From the NCBI GenBank assembly GCA_030141605.1, contig JAQGDQ010000014.1:372001-436000 (forward strand): 64,000 nucleotides of DNA. The letters are read 5' to 3'. The stretch's first letter is position 1, and each line of letters starts with the position of its first letter. Under the pieces are notes generated by a model. That model searched no databases, had not been told where the DNA came from, and saw only the letters and a list, made by a program, of their open reading frames with translations. Source of the DNA: Tubiluchus corallicola. Lineage: Eukaryota > Animalia > Priapulida. The position numbers and the translations under genes are program-made. Below, one piece after another: positions 15,292 through 29,559 of this stretch.

Positions 15292-15545
15292 GGTGTATAG
15301 TCGAGTGGTCATGGCGCAAGCAACGCTGAAGCTGTTTAGTGAATCGTTCGTGATCTGTGTTCAATACTTGCTCAGGGAGTTTTAGTTGTCCTACTGATTC
15401 TGAGTTTTATCTCTTTGATGGAGGAGGTACATATACTCCACACATGACCAAGACACCTCTGCGGATTCAGTTGATCATTGTAGAGGGCTTGATGAAACGC
15501 CAGGTTCTGGTCGCGCTACGAGGTTGAGTGGAATTTACTTTGGTG
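15292..15545 (+). mobile_element. tRNA-derived SINE-like element
   Basis: GGTGTATAGTCGAGTGGTCATGGCGC gives an A-box (15298-15308) and GTTCAATAC a B-box-like motif (15359-15367), followed by a non-tRNA body. No clean cloverleaf. Confidence 0.55.
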
Positions 15546-15601
15546 TTTAAAAATCAAATGGAAAAATCAGGTCGTCACTGAGGTGCTGATTAGTATTCAT
15601 G

Positions 15602-15602
15602 C

Positions 15603-15697
<95 letters not shown>

Positions 15698-15819
15698 AAA
15701 ACAGAAAAACAAACACACTGACTGACTGGCTGAGGCTGACTGACTGACCGACCGGCCGACCGATTGACTGATTGAGGCCGATTGACTGACTGGCATGACA
15801 GGAAGGCAGGCAGGCAGGC

Positions 15820-15850
<31 letters not shown>

Positions 15851-15870
15851 TAGACGGACAAACAGACGAC
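15602..15870. repeat. (GACA)n / (GACT)n compound microsatellite
   Basis: Directly visible. Confidence 0.95.
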
Positions 15871-17149
15871 CTACACTAGTTCCAGTATAGCATGATCTGC
15901 TATGAAACAAACAGTATCATCAATACACATACATCGAGCTAATTGGGAATCTTAAAAATTTGCTGAAATCTAAAGACTGACAGAAACATAAAGTAGAAGA
16001 TGTAAAAGCAACAAAACGTATCACAGATAAGCCAGTTTTCCTATCATCACGCCGTTACTTTTTTTGGTTTTTAATGCATTTTGCGAACATATAAAAAATA
16101 GAAAAAGTTTTGCACTTGGTCTACGAAGCTTTTATGTTCCATGTAATGCTAATATTGTAAATTTGCATGATATATGTAATGAATTTTACGTATAACATTT
16201 AATATTGTAAACTGAAACAAGAAAAGAAAAACTAGATTCTTTTGGAAATCTATCGAATAGAAACAAAAAAGTAAGCCCTTTTAAAAAAATCATTAAAATT
16301 CATTTCTCTTTGCAATGGAATAAAAAATTTTGCTATTTTTGCGAATACACAAGCCAAATGTCAAGTCAAAAAAGCAAAATTTGGAGATTTTAGTGCGTTT
16401 AATATAATTTATCCTTTTCCTTTTGTAAAGTTTTTTTACTTACATTAAAAAACTGTTCAGTATGAATTCCTAAAACTACAATTATTTTTCTCAATTGGAG
16501 CCTGAATTTACCAACAACTTCATTTGTTTGTTCATGGGACCATTTCTCAACGATAACTTGCTTAAAGAAAGCTGATTTTTTATGTTGTTTTGCGCAGTGT
16601 CGTTTATCAATCCTGTAGTGTTTATTTAATATGTTTTCTGTGTTTTTTTATAAACGGCATGGGTTTATATTTTGAAATTTAGATATCTAAAAAATAAAAT
16701 GAAGAAAATGAATAAAATAAAATTAATGCGTCGTCAGGCATAAAACGTCTATTTTGTAATTTTCTTAGCAAAAATTAATGAGTGCTGAGTCCTTTTTGTC
16801 TTGTGCGATTTTAAAAAAGGGCCTCCTTGTATGTGTCCACTCTTATTGTTTACTTAACATGCCGAACACAGTTTGCTATCATTCGGTTTAGTACCTTTTT
16901 ATTATTGAGGTTATTTTGTCTTATTTGTATTTTAATGCTGAAGGATACCAGTTTAACAAGAGCGTCAGGAACATGAGACTAATCAAGTTTCAGCACACGT
17001 TTTCTACTCCGCTAATTGTTGCACCATTCGCCCGCCCTACTCTTTCTCGACGAGATGGTCAACTGCTTTCTAATTTAAAATTCGTTTTAATTAGACATAG
17101 AACGAAGCAAAATCGTTGATTTCAGTCTTAAAAAGACCTCAATAAAAGT

Positions 17150-17280
17150 GTTGTAATTTCGGAAGGAATTAGCAATTCCCACACAATTTAAATACCCTAA
17201 CCCTAACTCTAACCCTAACGTTAACTCTACCCTAACGCTAACCATAACCCCACCCTAATAGAGCGTTGTAATTTTTACAG
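17150..17280. repeat. Small interspersed element containing degenerate (CCCTAA)n, copy 1
   Basis: CGGAAGGAATTAGCAATT...CCCTAACCCTAACTCTAACCCTAAC...TTGTAATTTTTA. Same architecture at 45410-45530. Confidence 0.5.
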
Positions 17281-17642
17281 TGGTGTTAGCCATTTTAAAT
17301 TAGCAAATGAAATGCACTAAAAAAACTTGCCAATTTACCATTTCTATTGTTTTTTTCGAAGCTGTCTTCTCGTCAAGTTCCCTCTCGTCTTCAGTTTCGT
17401 ATCAGTTGAGAAACAAGCTTGACATCCATCATGGGATCTCGCTATAGTTACAGATAAATCTTGTGTTGCGTTGATTTGTGTTTCAAAACCGGTCACGTGT
17501 CTTGCGGTCGTTTTAAGCGAACGCAGACTCGTCGTATGACGGTAATAATCGAATTTAATTCAGTGCTTAGTCGTTTCCCAAAATAGTTTTTCTTTGTTTT
17601 TTGCTTCTCTCCATTTCTGGTCTCTTTATCTGTCTTATCTTT

Positions 17643-17678
<36 letters not shown>

Positions 17679-19949
17679 TTATTTTCCCCTTTATTTCTCT
17701 CTTTCCTGTTTTTACTTCTCTCTCCTCCTCTCTCTATTCTTTTGCTTTTGTTGTAATGAATTAATCATCTGTTTACCCTTCGTCCCCCTTTTACTCACAT
17801 TGTTCATTTCGTTTCATTTTATTTCATGTCATGTGTTCTTCCTGAACCATGTGCTCTTCATCTCGCCCCTCTTATTCTTCCATGGGTTCCCTTCTCAGTT
17901 ACTCACATCAATGATTAATTTCGTCAGCTACGTTAGGCTTGCGCGGTCTCAGTCTCTGAAGCCCGTAATTAACTTACATGTGAAAGTAAATTGCTCTTGG
18001 TAATTGATTGCATATTGGGATATTCAAATGGACATAACAACAGTGTATATTTTCGCACATAAGATACTCGCTGGCGTTTAGTTACACTGACAGCCCCAAA
18101 TTGGCGTGTTAAGTCTTCCTGGCCCGAACACTAGAAAGAGAAAAGGATGAAATTATGGCGCTCCTATTCTAAAATAATTGTTGTTGTGCAAGATATGACG
18201 CGTGTAATTAGACGTTTTTTATTATTATAACTCTAATTTATTCAGAAAATGCAGGGTACAACTACACAATCCAAACAAGTCTATTTACAGGGCAGTTGAC
18301 ACGTTTACATCCCATTTTCAATAAAAATCACCAGCAAAGTGCTACAAAAAATTCTGCCCAGGCGACTGCGATTTCACATATCTCTGGTACTTACACGATT
18401 TACATAGAAAGTGTAAAAGTAGCCTTTGTTTCCCATGTTACTATCGCTTTTTTTGAAAATCTGAAATGATGAGCCACTTGGATGACCTTAGGTTAATATC
18501 AAGTTGATTTACAAAGCTGGACGACTGATAAACTCCGTTAGACTACAAAAACTGGAAAGAAAAGCCTATAGCAAGACACAGATTTCAACCGTTTGACTGT
18601 AAGTCAATAAAAACTTATGACAATTCTGACGTAATGAATCAACTGGGATAGACGGGAAGGTTCAACTCGCCACCTTGGCCCTGCAAATGCAACTAAACGC
18701 CAGTGAGTATGCTATGTGTGAAAATATGCACAGTTGTTATATCCATTTAAATATTCTAATGCAAATTCAACAATTGGTTGAAAACAGTGCCAGTGTAACT
18801 AATTTTGCTGAACATGGCTAATATGCTATAACTAATATGAGCTATTACCAAACTTTTTGCAGATTTCAATAAAGTTAATGGTTAATGGAACTTGTGTCAA
18901 AATGATTGATAGTACGCTTCTAACTATAGCACCCACTTTAGTGGAGTAAAGGTATCATGGGTAGATTTCCCCAAATCAATATATTTTCGCGTTATCAGAT
19001 CAGACCAACTTGAACAAGACGAACATATCGAGAAGTTGGAAATTTTTGTAGTGCTACGGAATACGGATAAATATGCAAAAATATTTGAAAATTAAACTAC
19101 CGGGCACAAGGGATGTGCAACCTGGGCAAACTTGACAGAAAGTACTTCTATATATTCTCACTTTTTGATAAACACTTGAATAATGTTATTCTTGTTCTAC
19201 GGGCAAAATGTATTCATTTGGGGAAGCTAAACAGTGCTGATAGCTATAATATGCTAACAGTAGGATAAATTCTTGGCGAAAGTTGTACCGATTATGGCAG
19301 TTTGTGGCTTGTCAATCATGCAGTTCTTTGCTCCATTTAAACACACAACAGATTTTGCTACGCTTACTGTCACTGAAAGCACACAGTTAAGTACTTTTAA
19401 AATTTAACGGTAAAATTCGATTATCAAGACAACCGCGTTAATATTAAGCACGATGTTGTGCAAATATAAGTTGGACTGAGACATTCTGGGATGGTGGAGT
19501 ACTTGAGATTAGCATTGATAAGAACCAGTTGGCTAATAGATTATCAAGCAAAAGTATAGAATTATTACTGATTTGCCTTGTACATAGGCCTAGTATGCAA
19601 GATGTATATGGACGTAAATATCAGTACTTATTTTTCTAGTTACCGGTTCGCAAATTTTCGTAAATTTTAATTATCATAAATAAAATTGTCATACTTGCTC
19701 TGGTAAACGTATTAGTTATCAAAATGACATCCAATGATGGTTGTTGGGCAGAATTGTTCTGAGCATTCGTTCACCACCTGTTAAAGACCTGATTTTTACC
19801 TGTTAAAGACATACAAATAATGTTGATTGACTAGTAGCATAAGTGCAACCTGTCTTCAAGGCCAATAGTCAACTGTTCTTGTTAAGGACTTATGGACACA
19901 TGCTTTATACAAATGCTTTAAGACAATTTTTATGTTAATTTTTTAACAT

Positions 19950-20400
19950 ATCAATATAACAAATCAATATAACAATGATTAGAGGCACTTTGATAAAGCT
20001 ATGGTACATCCGATTCTTGATCCTTTTGTTTGGCTAATTTGAATGTCTTTTTAATATAACGTTGCTGCGTTATACCGTTAATTTCTGAATTTAAGCAGCG
20101 CCTAGACTGTTGAAATTTTTATTCACTGGCGTCAAAAAAACATACAGGATTATTGAAATTATTTCAAAATTAAGACTTATTTTTTATTTTTCTTCCGGTG
20201 TGACCAGCTAGCCTAATGTGCACTGCATCTGATACAACATCCCATACAGATTTATAAAGCGCGATGTAAAATGGTGTTAATACCTTGTTGATTAGCTTGC
20301 GGACACTGGTAAAACTTTTAACTCAACTGACTTTCATGCTTAGCCTTACAAAATCGTTGTAAATGGAAATTAGAGTGTGAAAATACGTCATTTGTTAACA
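19950..20400 (+). mobile_element. Highly decayed LINE (RTE-like) 3' fragment; may extend upstream to ~18400
   Basis: Relic peptides KAMVHPIL, KQRL, HPIQIYKARCK (cf. GRPxLRYKDxCK) and ALQNRCKWK (cf. AxDRxxW), in order. Confidence 0.4.
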
Positions 20401-22522
20401 ACTCCAAATCCGTCAGTCAAAGTGAATTAGTTAGAGCCTTGAAATCTGGTTGAACAGATTCTGATTGTAAAATAAGTATTTGGCAAATTGCCATGTGTAA
20501 AAGCACTTAAAGCAGCCAAAATTCGAATCCTGCTCACTGGCCAGGTTTGTTCTGATGATTTCGACTGTGTTTTGCCGCTATATGTGAAGGCTGTTAATTA
20601 TGTGTTGTCCTTGTAGTTGTTTTGGTTAACCTAAAAATAGGTGCAGCAAGGGCGCAATATAAATTTTTAGTAGATTTTTGTTTAGAATTTTGTATTAATA
20701 TTTTTCTTACTTTTTGGCTTGCCTTTAAGAAGCTTGCATCCAAAATTTTACACGTCACTTTTTACTTAAGATTTGAGAAATAACAATTTTTTTAACTTTG
20801 CGTTGGTGTACTCATTATTTTTGTTGGCTTTGTGACATTTTAGAAGAAGTTTTGAATAATTTTGATGTGTTTGGTAATTTGGTAAAGCAGGTCTTACGGA
20901 CTTAAATTTGGGTCGATGCAATTTATTCGTATAATGCAATACAATAACATTTGAATATAGTAACATTTGGTATCATTATTGATGTTATATTACACGCTTA
21001 TCTTTCAAGAGTTTCGTCTTGTAAATCCTGGTATGCTTCCCCAATAGCATTATATGGAGCAGTTCACATATCGAACGCCCTTTAAAAGTTAGTAAATACG
21101 CCAGATGAGATTAATTTGTTCAGATTATATCAGTTAATGCTAATTAAGCACTCGTAGAATCATTGTCTAATTAATGCATAAGTTTACCGGTTCACTTAAG
21201 TTTGTTATTTTCAAAATCACAATGAATACACATTGAAATACATACATTGCAAAACACAGCAAACAAAAAAGTACTGAAATACCTAATTACAAATAATTTG
21301 GATATTTAGGCCAGGAAGGTAAACTTATATCGACCAGAGCAGAAAGGCTTTGGAGAACTTGTTTGTAAACTGTACTAGTTGTTAAATTAAATAAATAATG
21401 ACAAATATTAAATAATAAAGCAAATGGAAGGAGATAGTTCTGTAACGTTTAAGAATGCGAAAACGATGATGATGCAAATGACCAGGATAATCAGATTACA
21501 ATGATGAAAAAATGAAAATTAGTCTCATAAGAATTTAAAGGGAATAAAGCAAATCGGCGTCATTTATTTCATATTTTGATTTTAGGTCTCCACAATTTTG
21601 TACGTAACAGGTGTTGAACAAATTCTAATTTTGCTTTAAAGTTTAAGAGAAAGAAGAAGAGGAGAAAAATGAGAAGCCTCCTACTGACGTAGATTAAAAA
21701 GGAGATAACCTTAAATCAATCAGCTGTTATACTAATAGAGGCAACGTCATAGTTGCTGTAATGGTTTTATTAAGTTATGTGGTGATTGTCTTTTATCAGT
21801 AATAAGGACGTGTGAAGCCGTCGTCTCTGATTCAGCTGCTATTTAGACTTCTTTCTACGAATAGGGCTTCTTTGTTATGTGGCTGAAACGTCATATTGCA
21901 CCTGATTGTATATCATACGAAGCAGTTTTACAAGTGAAAATGCCAAAGTGAGAGCTTCAGTTTTTCATTGTGATCCTGCTTACGAAATGGTGAGGTAACA
22001 TGTTTTTAGCGAAGGAATAACCGAAAATACAAAGAAAAGGGAAGACCAAAAATTGACAGCTCTAAATATCATCTCCTTTTATTAAAAATAAAATCAATGA
22101 CGTAGAAATACAAGACAAAAAAAGCGAGAAAAACTAAGAAGGTACACTATTAAGAACACCTTGGAAAAAAGGCAAGGAAAACGAAAATGAATATTACTGA
22201 ACTGATCTGGCAGAGATACGAGAAAAGGGTACAGAAATAAAGCAACTGAGAGAAAAAATGTGGGGACATTTTTCTTTTATTTATTTATTTTATTGAAGAA
22301 CTAGTACAGTTTACAAAGGTATAAATGAAATAGAGCATAAAGTAACAGTTGTTGAATAAGATGTTCAGAAAAGTATGGTTGTCCCTCAAAAGGAGGTCTG
22401 ACCACCCTCACATGGTAGATAGATAGACGGATGGATGATTGGATGGAGAATTGGATGAATGGACAGAAAAAGAGAGGGAGAATGAGAGCGTGAGAGCGAC
22501 AGCGAGAGAGAAAGCAAGAAAG

Positions 22523-22524
<2 letters not shown>

Positions 22525-22585
<61 letters not shown>
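22525..22585. repeat. (GA)n microsatellite
   Basis: Directly visible. Confidence 0.95.
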
Positions 22586-22588
<3 letters not shown>

Positions 22589-25500
22589 TGGAGGGAGGGA
22601 GAAAGAGAGAAGAAATAAGAAAAAGATACCCTCATCGTCGCCAGCAGAAGCGTTTTCAACACCATTATGATGATCATATGTTATTCTGATGATCATAGGT
22701 CTAGTCTATAGAAACATTGTAAGAATGAGAATACGTCTCCTACGTCTCCTGTCTCGTCTTTTTTCTTCACTCACTCAGTTCCTCTATCTCTCTATCTCTC
22801 TCTTTTATTCTTTCTTTCAGGCTTTTCTCTCTCTTTTCCTTTCGCCCTTTTCTATTTCTGTCTCTTCCGTTTTCTTTTCCCTCTATCCGTGTCTCCTCTT
22901 CCTTATGATCTTTCTTTCTCCTGTGTGTTTTTGTTTTCGCAGCTCTTACCGCAACAGAGTACAAGACCAAAGCGTTTCTCAACCTGCCTGAGAAAACAAC
23001 TGAAGGTCATGGCCTGAAGTGCATAATATACGAAAGGAAGTCATTTAGATCGCGGAAATTACGCGCACTGAATCAGAGGCAAATTTTAGCGCGATCTTCA
23101 AGTGAGTGGCAAACGAATCAGCGGGTAAAAATTCATTAGTAATGGTGAAGTACAGTGGTGTAGATGACGTCATTGGCTGTAGCGCTAAGTACGTAAGTGA
23201 GTGTATGTAGCTAAGTGTGCTAAGCTCTTAAATAATTAGATTATTTCCATTTTTTAAAACCGTTTCGGCACGGACTTTATTCTTTGTACATTTCTTTTTT
23301 CATGTAATGATGTTACCAATTTAAGGTTTATAAAGGTTGCTTTTCACTCATGTTGTTAGCAAAATGTCTCGCTGAATTCAATTTGAATTTTGGAATGTAA
23401 GTTTTACATTAAATAGTTGGAAATCAGACTGAGGTTAATTATGTTTATTAGTTCAATTCAATGTAACTTTATATTTAGTTGTTAAAGTGATATTTAAGTG
23501 TTTAATCACACAAAATATAAAAGTACTATATCAGGAATTTTTTTATGCAATACACGTTATCGTATTGTATCGAATCAGTGCTCAAAGTTATATATTGGTA
23601 TCGTATCGGATCCAATCCGTCTGTCTATCTGTCTCTCTTAGCACTTCCTGAACTCAATGAAACTTTTTGTATCTTGTAAATAAATTGGTGCGCCTTAGCA
23701 GCTCTTATTTTGTTGCTAATCAATATAAAATTTTCACATAAATTTTCCTCTGCCAAACGTTTTTTTACGCACCAGGAAATTCAGTATCATTACCACATTG
23801 GAGTTTATTTCCTGGTAACTAGCTGGCTTATTATCTTCGAGGAATTACTTAAGAAGGTTAACGTGACGAAAAGAAAATACTGATTCTGTCTGGCCTAGCT
23901 AGTGAAATCATTTGCAATAGTTTCTTTAAGATTAACTATTCGAAACAGTAACCCAATGCCCAGTAAGTTTTTCTGACGGTCGCATAGTGATATCAAAATA
24001 TTTCATCTGAATTAATGTTCTAGTTCAAAAAACTGATTTTCTTGTCGTGTTCTACTGCTGATGCTGATGCTGCTGCTGGTGCACGTGGTAGTGCTGCTGC
24101 TCTGAAATGTTTTTCTCCAACAAATGGTTGGATCCTGGTGCATATGAGGTGTTTAGTTTTATTTAAATAAAGTAGCGTTACCCTCTTAACTGATGTCAAC
24201 TTAGGCAATTACTGTCCGATGTGCCAGTATTTAGTGTGAATCACTGTATATCGGATTTCTGATTTTTGGGTCAATGTGGACTTTCACCTTATTTCTCTAC
24301 TAAACGTGGAGTATGTCTTAAACAGGAACAAATTGTTCTTGTTAAAGGTTAACGTAGTCAAAAGCCCTTTCTACTTCTTCAAACATATGCATACAGTAAA
24401 TTTCATACAATACTTTTCCCTGTTTGAACTACCGATAAAGAATAAAAACATAGTGCAGATGATGCATCGGTTACTGCCACAGAAAAATCGGTGCGATTAC
24501 TATGCGGCAGTCACCTGACAGTCTTAAATTATTAGCTTTATAATTTACACGGCTCATAAATGCGCTAAAGTGTACGCCAGAGACCGAGGATTCACGGCTA
24601 TAATGATAAAATGCTAATTGTGCTGCTGTGCTTAGCGCGCTGTGATGCTGTGAAAGATTTGTGGTTAATTGAGTTAGCGTTTGCCTGTTTTACCCTTTTT
24701 GACAGCTGCTTATTATAGGGACATGATTATCGAAGGTGAAAGCAAAAACATCAGGTGCCTGCTATAAAAACGACAGAAAGGGAAATAAGCAAAAGGTAAA
24801 CAAGCAAATACAAGAAAACGAAAGGGTGAAACAAAAAAGAAACATGAAGGAAATAAAAGAAGATAAGAAAGAACAAAGAAAGCAGAAAAAATATATTCCA
24901 TTCACTTTCTTAGAAGTTATTCTTTTTGAGCCAACCAGTTAATGTTTTATTTTTGATTGCTTTGTTACGAACAGACAGACGAATAACAGGAGTTGCAAAA
25001 GACCACCCTGGTTGTCCAGGAAATTATTATTCTCAAATCATAAACTAAGTGAAACATTTGACTGTCTGAGAGTTAAATCTACAGTACTAATGACACAATA
25101 AAATCTACTTATACGAAACTTAACACAATGAGGCAATCGTTTAAATAAATCACATTTAGCGGCTATAAAGTGGTCCATAAAAAGATCTTGTGCGCATGTG
25201 ATAACGGGGTAGACCAAAATAAATACACGGCATTACGAATGGTCTACACTTAATTAGACCTTGAACAGTCGCTGAACAGTAAAAAAAATGCATTCGGTTT
25301 TAGAGCAAGGCATTACAAGTATATAGTTAACTCTTTGGCTCCAAATCTGGTGTCATAGAGTAGCATTAATCGTAGACTTTTATTCAATATGAGGCTATGT
25401 GACGAAACTAAACTTTGAGTGCGAGTGTGGTGGTAAATAAAAGCAAGTAAAACCTAAGACAGAACAAATAAAGGCAGGTAGAACTTAAGTCGGAACCAGC

Positions 25501-26329
25501 GAAAGCAGTGGGTTTCCACTATCGCCCTTATAGTAGATAGTAAATTAATTTTACACTATTTTGTGTTAACCTTTGTTCCTCAATGATTTCCTTAGTTGAA
25601 TACATTGGTTGGTAAAAGATTTCTACTTTTGATGAAAACACAGCTCCCGTTTCTTGATCGAAGATTTCTGTCTCTCCTGTCGAAGATTTCTGTATCTCTC
25701 CTGTCGACCTCCGAGAAGCTAGTAGCATCTCGTTTTTCTCCCGTCTGCTACAGTCAGTTGATGCTGAACACCATGGCAACGGATGGCAGGAAGCAGATTA
25801 ATCAAGTCTTCCAATTAACATGGCCGTTGTTGAGCTTCAACTTGTTCACTGTTGTCGAGCTGTACTGGCTATGTTTAAGTGAGCGAATAAAAGTTTAAGC
25901 TTTAAAACAAACATTGTGTGGGAGAGGAGAGAGGGGGTTCATCATCACTACCTTTTCTAGCATTATTAATCAGCGCTTTGTATTTTCTCATTGCTTTAAG
26001 GTATAGCAGCTATCAATATCATTGTCAGTACAATTTTGGTGATGTCATCTCTATTCTTTTTTGTATTATCAACACTGGTGTCACCTTAATCATGTTTATA
26101 GTCGTTATCATTGCTTTTTGCTCTCCCGTCTGCTCCTTTTTGTTGTGGCTGCTATTCCTTTTCTTTATTTCCTTTTTAATATATCAGTCACTGCCACTGG
26201 CATATTGTAATGGTTTTACTGCCACTGCTGCTTCCATCGATGCACTGGCGTTACTATTGCCATCATTATTGTCATTACACAGTTCCGTCTCACTTTTCAT
26301 CGGTGTTGTTATCATTATCAGTATGTTAT

Positions 26330-26417
26330 TACCATCACACTCATTGTCATCGTTATTATCATCTCTCATAATCGTCATAATCGTAATCATTGTCATCTTC
26401 GTTGTCATCATCGTCGT

Positions 26418-26449
<32 letters not shown>

Positions 26450-26780
26450 GCACCATCACCACCATCACTATCATCATTATCATCATCATCACTATCATCG
26501 TTATCACAAAAGAGGGATATATAATCATCATTATCATCATCACCATCATCATCATCATCATCATCAGCACCACCACCATCACTATCATCGTTATCACCAT
26601 CATCACTATCATCATTATCACAAAAGAGGGATATATAATCATCATCATCATCATCGTCGTCGTTGTCGTCGTTGTCGTCGTCTTCCTCCTCTTCCTCCTC
26701 CTCCTCCTCCTAGTCATCATTATCGTTATCATATTACAAGGTTATAATCATCATTATCGTTATCATATTACAAGGTTATA
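26330..26780. repeat. (ATC)n-based low-complexity tract with internal duplications
   Basis: ATCACAAAAGAGGGATATATAATCATC occurs twice (~26503, ~26617). ATCATTATCGTTATCATATTACAAGGTTATA occurs twice (~26716, ~26750). Confidence 0.9.
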
Positions 26781-28908
26781 TATTTGGTGTCTTCGTTGGC
26801 ATTAATTTCCCCGCTTTTATCTTTTCACAATATGCTTATTATTAATTCAGATCAGTTTGTTGCTTTCTATATCAGAGTATTTTAGCTTAGTGGAACGTAT
26901 CTTTAGAAAAAAAGAATTTTGGGCATAATCATTTGCAATGAATGGTTGCAGAATGATGCTGACGCAGATAATGGTTTTTAAACAAAATGTTATCTTTTTA
27001 TTTGCCATGGTCTTCTTTGTTAAAGTTTTATCACCAGAAAACTTATCTAAGATTAGTCTATTTTTACATTATTCATCAAAAGCATCGCAATAAGTGCTTG
27101 ATAACTTGTTTGAAAATAATTCAGGATGAAGTTGAACTTTTGAAAGTCTGTATTAACCTTGTGCTGGCTTTTAACGCCTTCTTCGAGTACAATATGCGGA
27201 TAACTACTTTTTCGGCTTTCTATTTATTTGGCACTTGGACTTTACAGCTAAAGGGTTTCCACTGGTTCGTATGTAATCGTTGAAGTTTTCTGTCTTCCTT
27301 TTTTGATGACGATGGCAATGATTCCGATGATGACGACTTTGAGATGAATGGCAGAATGGTGACAATATATCTATAAACATGATAGAACTCTTTATTGTTA
27401 TAAAATTAACATCAATGAGTGGTAAAATTCTTATTGCAAAATATTCTCATATCTACAAACTGACAAATTGCCAGATAAATCCAACGTGGTCAAACGGTGA
27501 CGTCCACCTTAATTAGACAAAATGAGCTCGACACAAAGTAAGAACATTCTGACAATCAATCTGTAAAGAAGTAACGCTAATATGTGGAAGTACTAAGCAA
27601 CAATAATATAATTAAACGGTTGTTAGCAGTTATGAGCGACAGACAGTGTTTCGAGTTCCACAAAGATTGAAATTTAACCGGCTATGCTCATTTGACTGTA
27701 GGGTTAGACTAGATTTTCCAATGGAAGAAAGTGTGAACTTGTGATTCATAAAAAATGATTGAAACCTGGATAATTAACCTGGATGGATAATTAATAGATA
27801 GATTGTTAAGATTATTAGGTTAAAACAGCAGACTACATAATAACGTGTCAATGCGCAAGTGCACGATTTTCAGTTCAATGAACACAAGATTTGTTGCTTA
27901 TCTTACATTTCAAAGGTTGAAAAGAGATATATCTGTCAGCTTTATCATCGCTCCACCTAATTTGCATAAAATTATGCAATTTTCGTCTTGAAGATTCTAG
28001 AACGAAGCCAGCTATTACGAGAAAATTTAATGTAATGTTGAAAACCGCGACAGGCATGCATAGTAACCACAACTCACTTAAAATATATAGTTTTAACGGA
28101 AACGGCAAAGAAAGTTCTACATTCATTTTTTATGTATAGTCTTCTGTTATGGATCAACTGCTTTAACTTCTTATTCTGGAGTTTCAGTGAGTAATTAGGA
28201 CTGGCGAAAATGAAAATGATAAGTTTGATACAAAGTTGTGGAAGTACACCATAAATATGTGGAATTACACAGCAGGTAGCTCAAAAAAGTTTAATATCTA
28301 AAAATTAATTTGCGATACTGCTAATTTCTCACTGCATGAATTTTATTCGTTGCATTCGTTTTAATTTTGCAAGCATATTTTGAGGTTGTGACCTTGACCT
28401 TTGACGTTTTCAACACAAAATTATCCCTGGACCTGTACCGAACTTAAAGTGCTGTATTTTGTCCTGCTATTTCAGTTTTAGCATCCATAGTGTTGTTAAT
28501 TGTTACACCTGATGCACATTTATTTGAACAGGAACGTTAATGCTCGATTGCTACAAATTTTCGCTAAATAATTCAAAACCAAATGAATTACCTACCATTT
28601 CGCATCTCAACAGTGAATATTATGACCACGCAGTTTAATGGAATAAGTTATAGCTATGCAATATAATTAGTTTTCAGCTGATTGGTTGTTTACTGCATTT
28701 AATCCTGATATGGCATCAATGGAGTTATATGAAAATTTATCATTTTTCTAGTATTATACGATTGTCAAAGCTTTTGCTTATCTAACTAAATCTATTGTTT
28801 GTATGGGGTGCACAAAAAATTTAACCTTTCGGAATTTTGCCATTTGCATTTTCAGTGCAAAGCTTCAGTTCTCCAGTGACTCCTGTTGCAATTCCTATAT
28901 TTTTTTTC

Positions 28909-29002
<94 letters not shown>

Positions 29003-29143
29003 AAGTAGTAGTAGTAGTAGTAGTGGTGGTAGTGGTGGTGGTGGTGTTGTTGGTGGTGGGGGTGGTGGTGGTGTTGTGGCGGCGGCGGTGGCGGCAGCAG
29101 CGGTAGTGATAATGATTGTGGTAGTGGCTGCAGCAGCAGCAGT
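28909..29143. repeat. (GTA)n grading into (GTG)n and (GCG/GCA)n trinucleotide repeats
   Basis: Directly visible. Confidence 0.95.
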
Positions 29144-29559
29144 AAATTTTATTGTCAAAAGACCAAATTAACTCGACATTCACAAAAATTAAACACCAAA
29201 TCTAAACATTAAAACTGTATACATATGGATGTCAACAGATAATAGAGTTCTAGTGAATTAGAACATTAAAATAAGAACACATACAAAAAATACCAAAGTT
29301 ATTTGTATAATCATATTTTTAAGCAAACTCAACTTTTCAACTGTTCTACAAAGTAGCGAATCATCGTTAAGTGTTTGTTCACCGGCAACATTAAAACAAA
29401 TTTTATATGCGTTCTTGTCTCTGACTTCAGTACTAAATCAACATCAGTATAATTTGTTCTTATATGCCCAGTTAAAGGACAAGACATAAAAATGTTCCTT
29501 TGTTTATCTGCTCCCGCATTTACATAATCTACTTTCTTTTGGCTTTCTTGCCTTTCACT

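Noticed and set aside
25918-26805. 295-aa hydrophobic, membrane-protein-like ORF
   Set aside because: Derived from (ATC)n/(GTC)n low-complexity DNA; no family motif and no ATG start.
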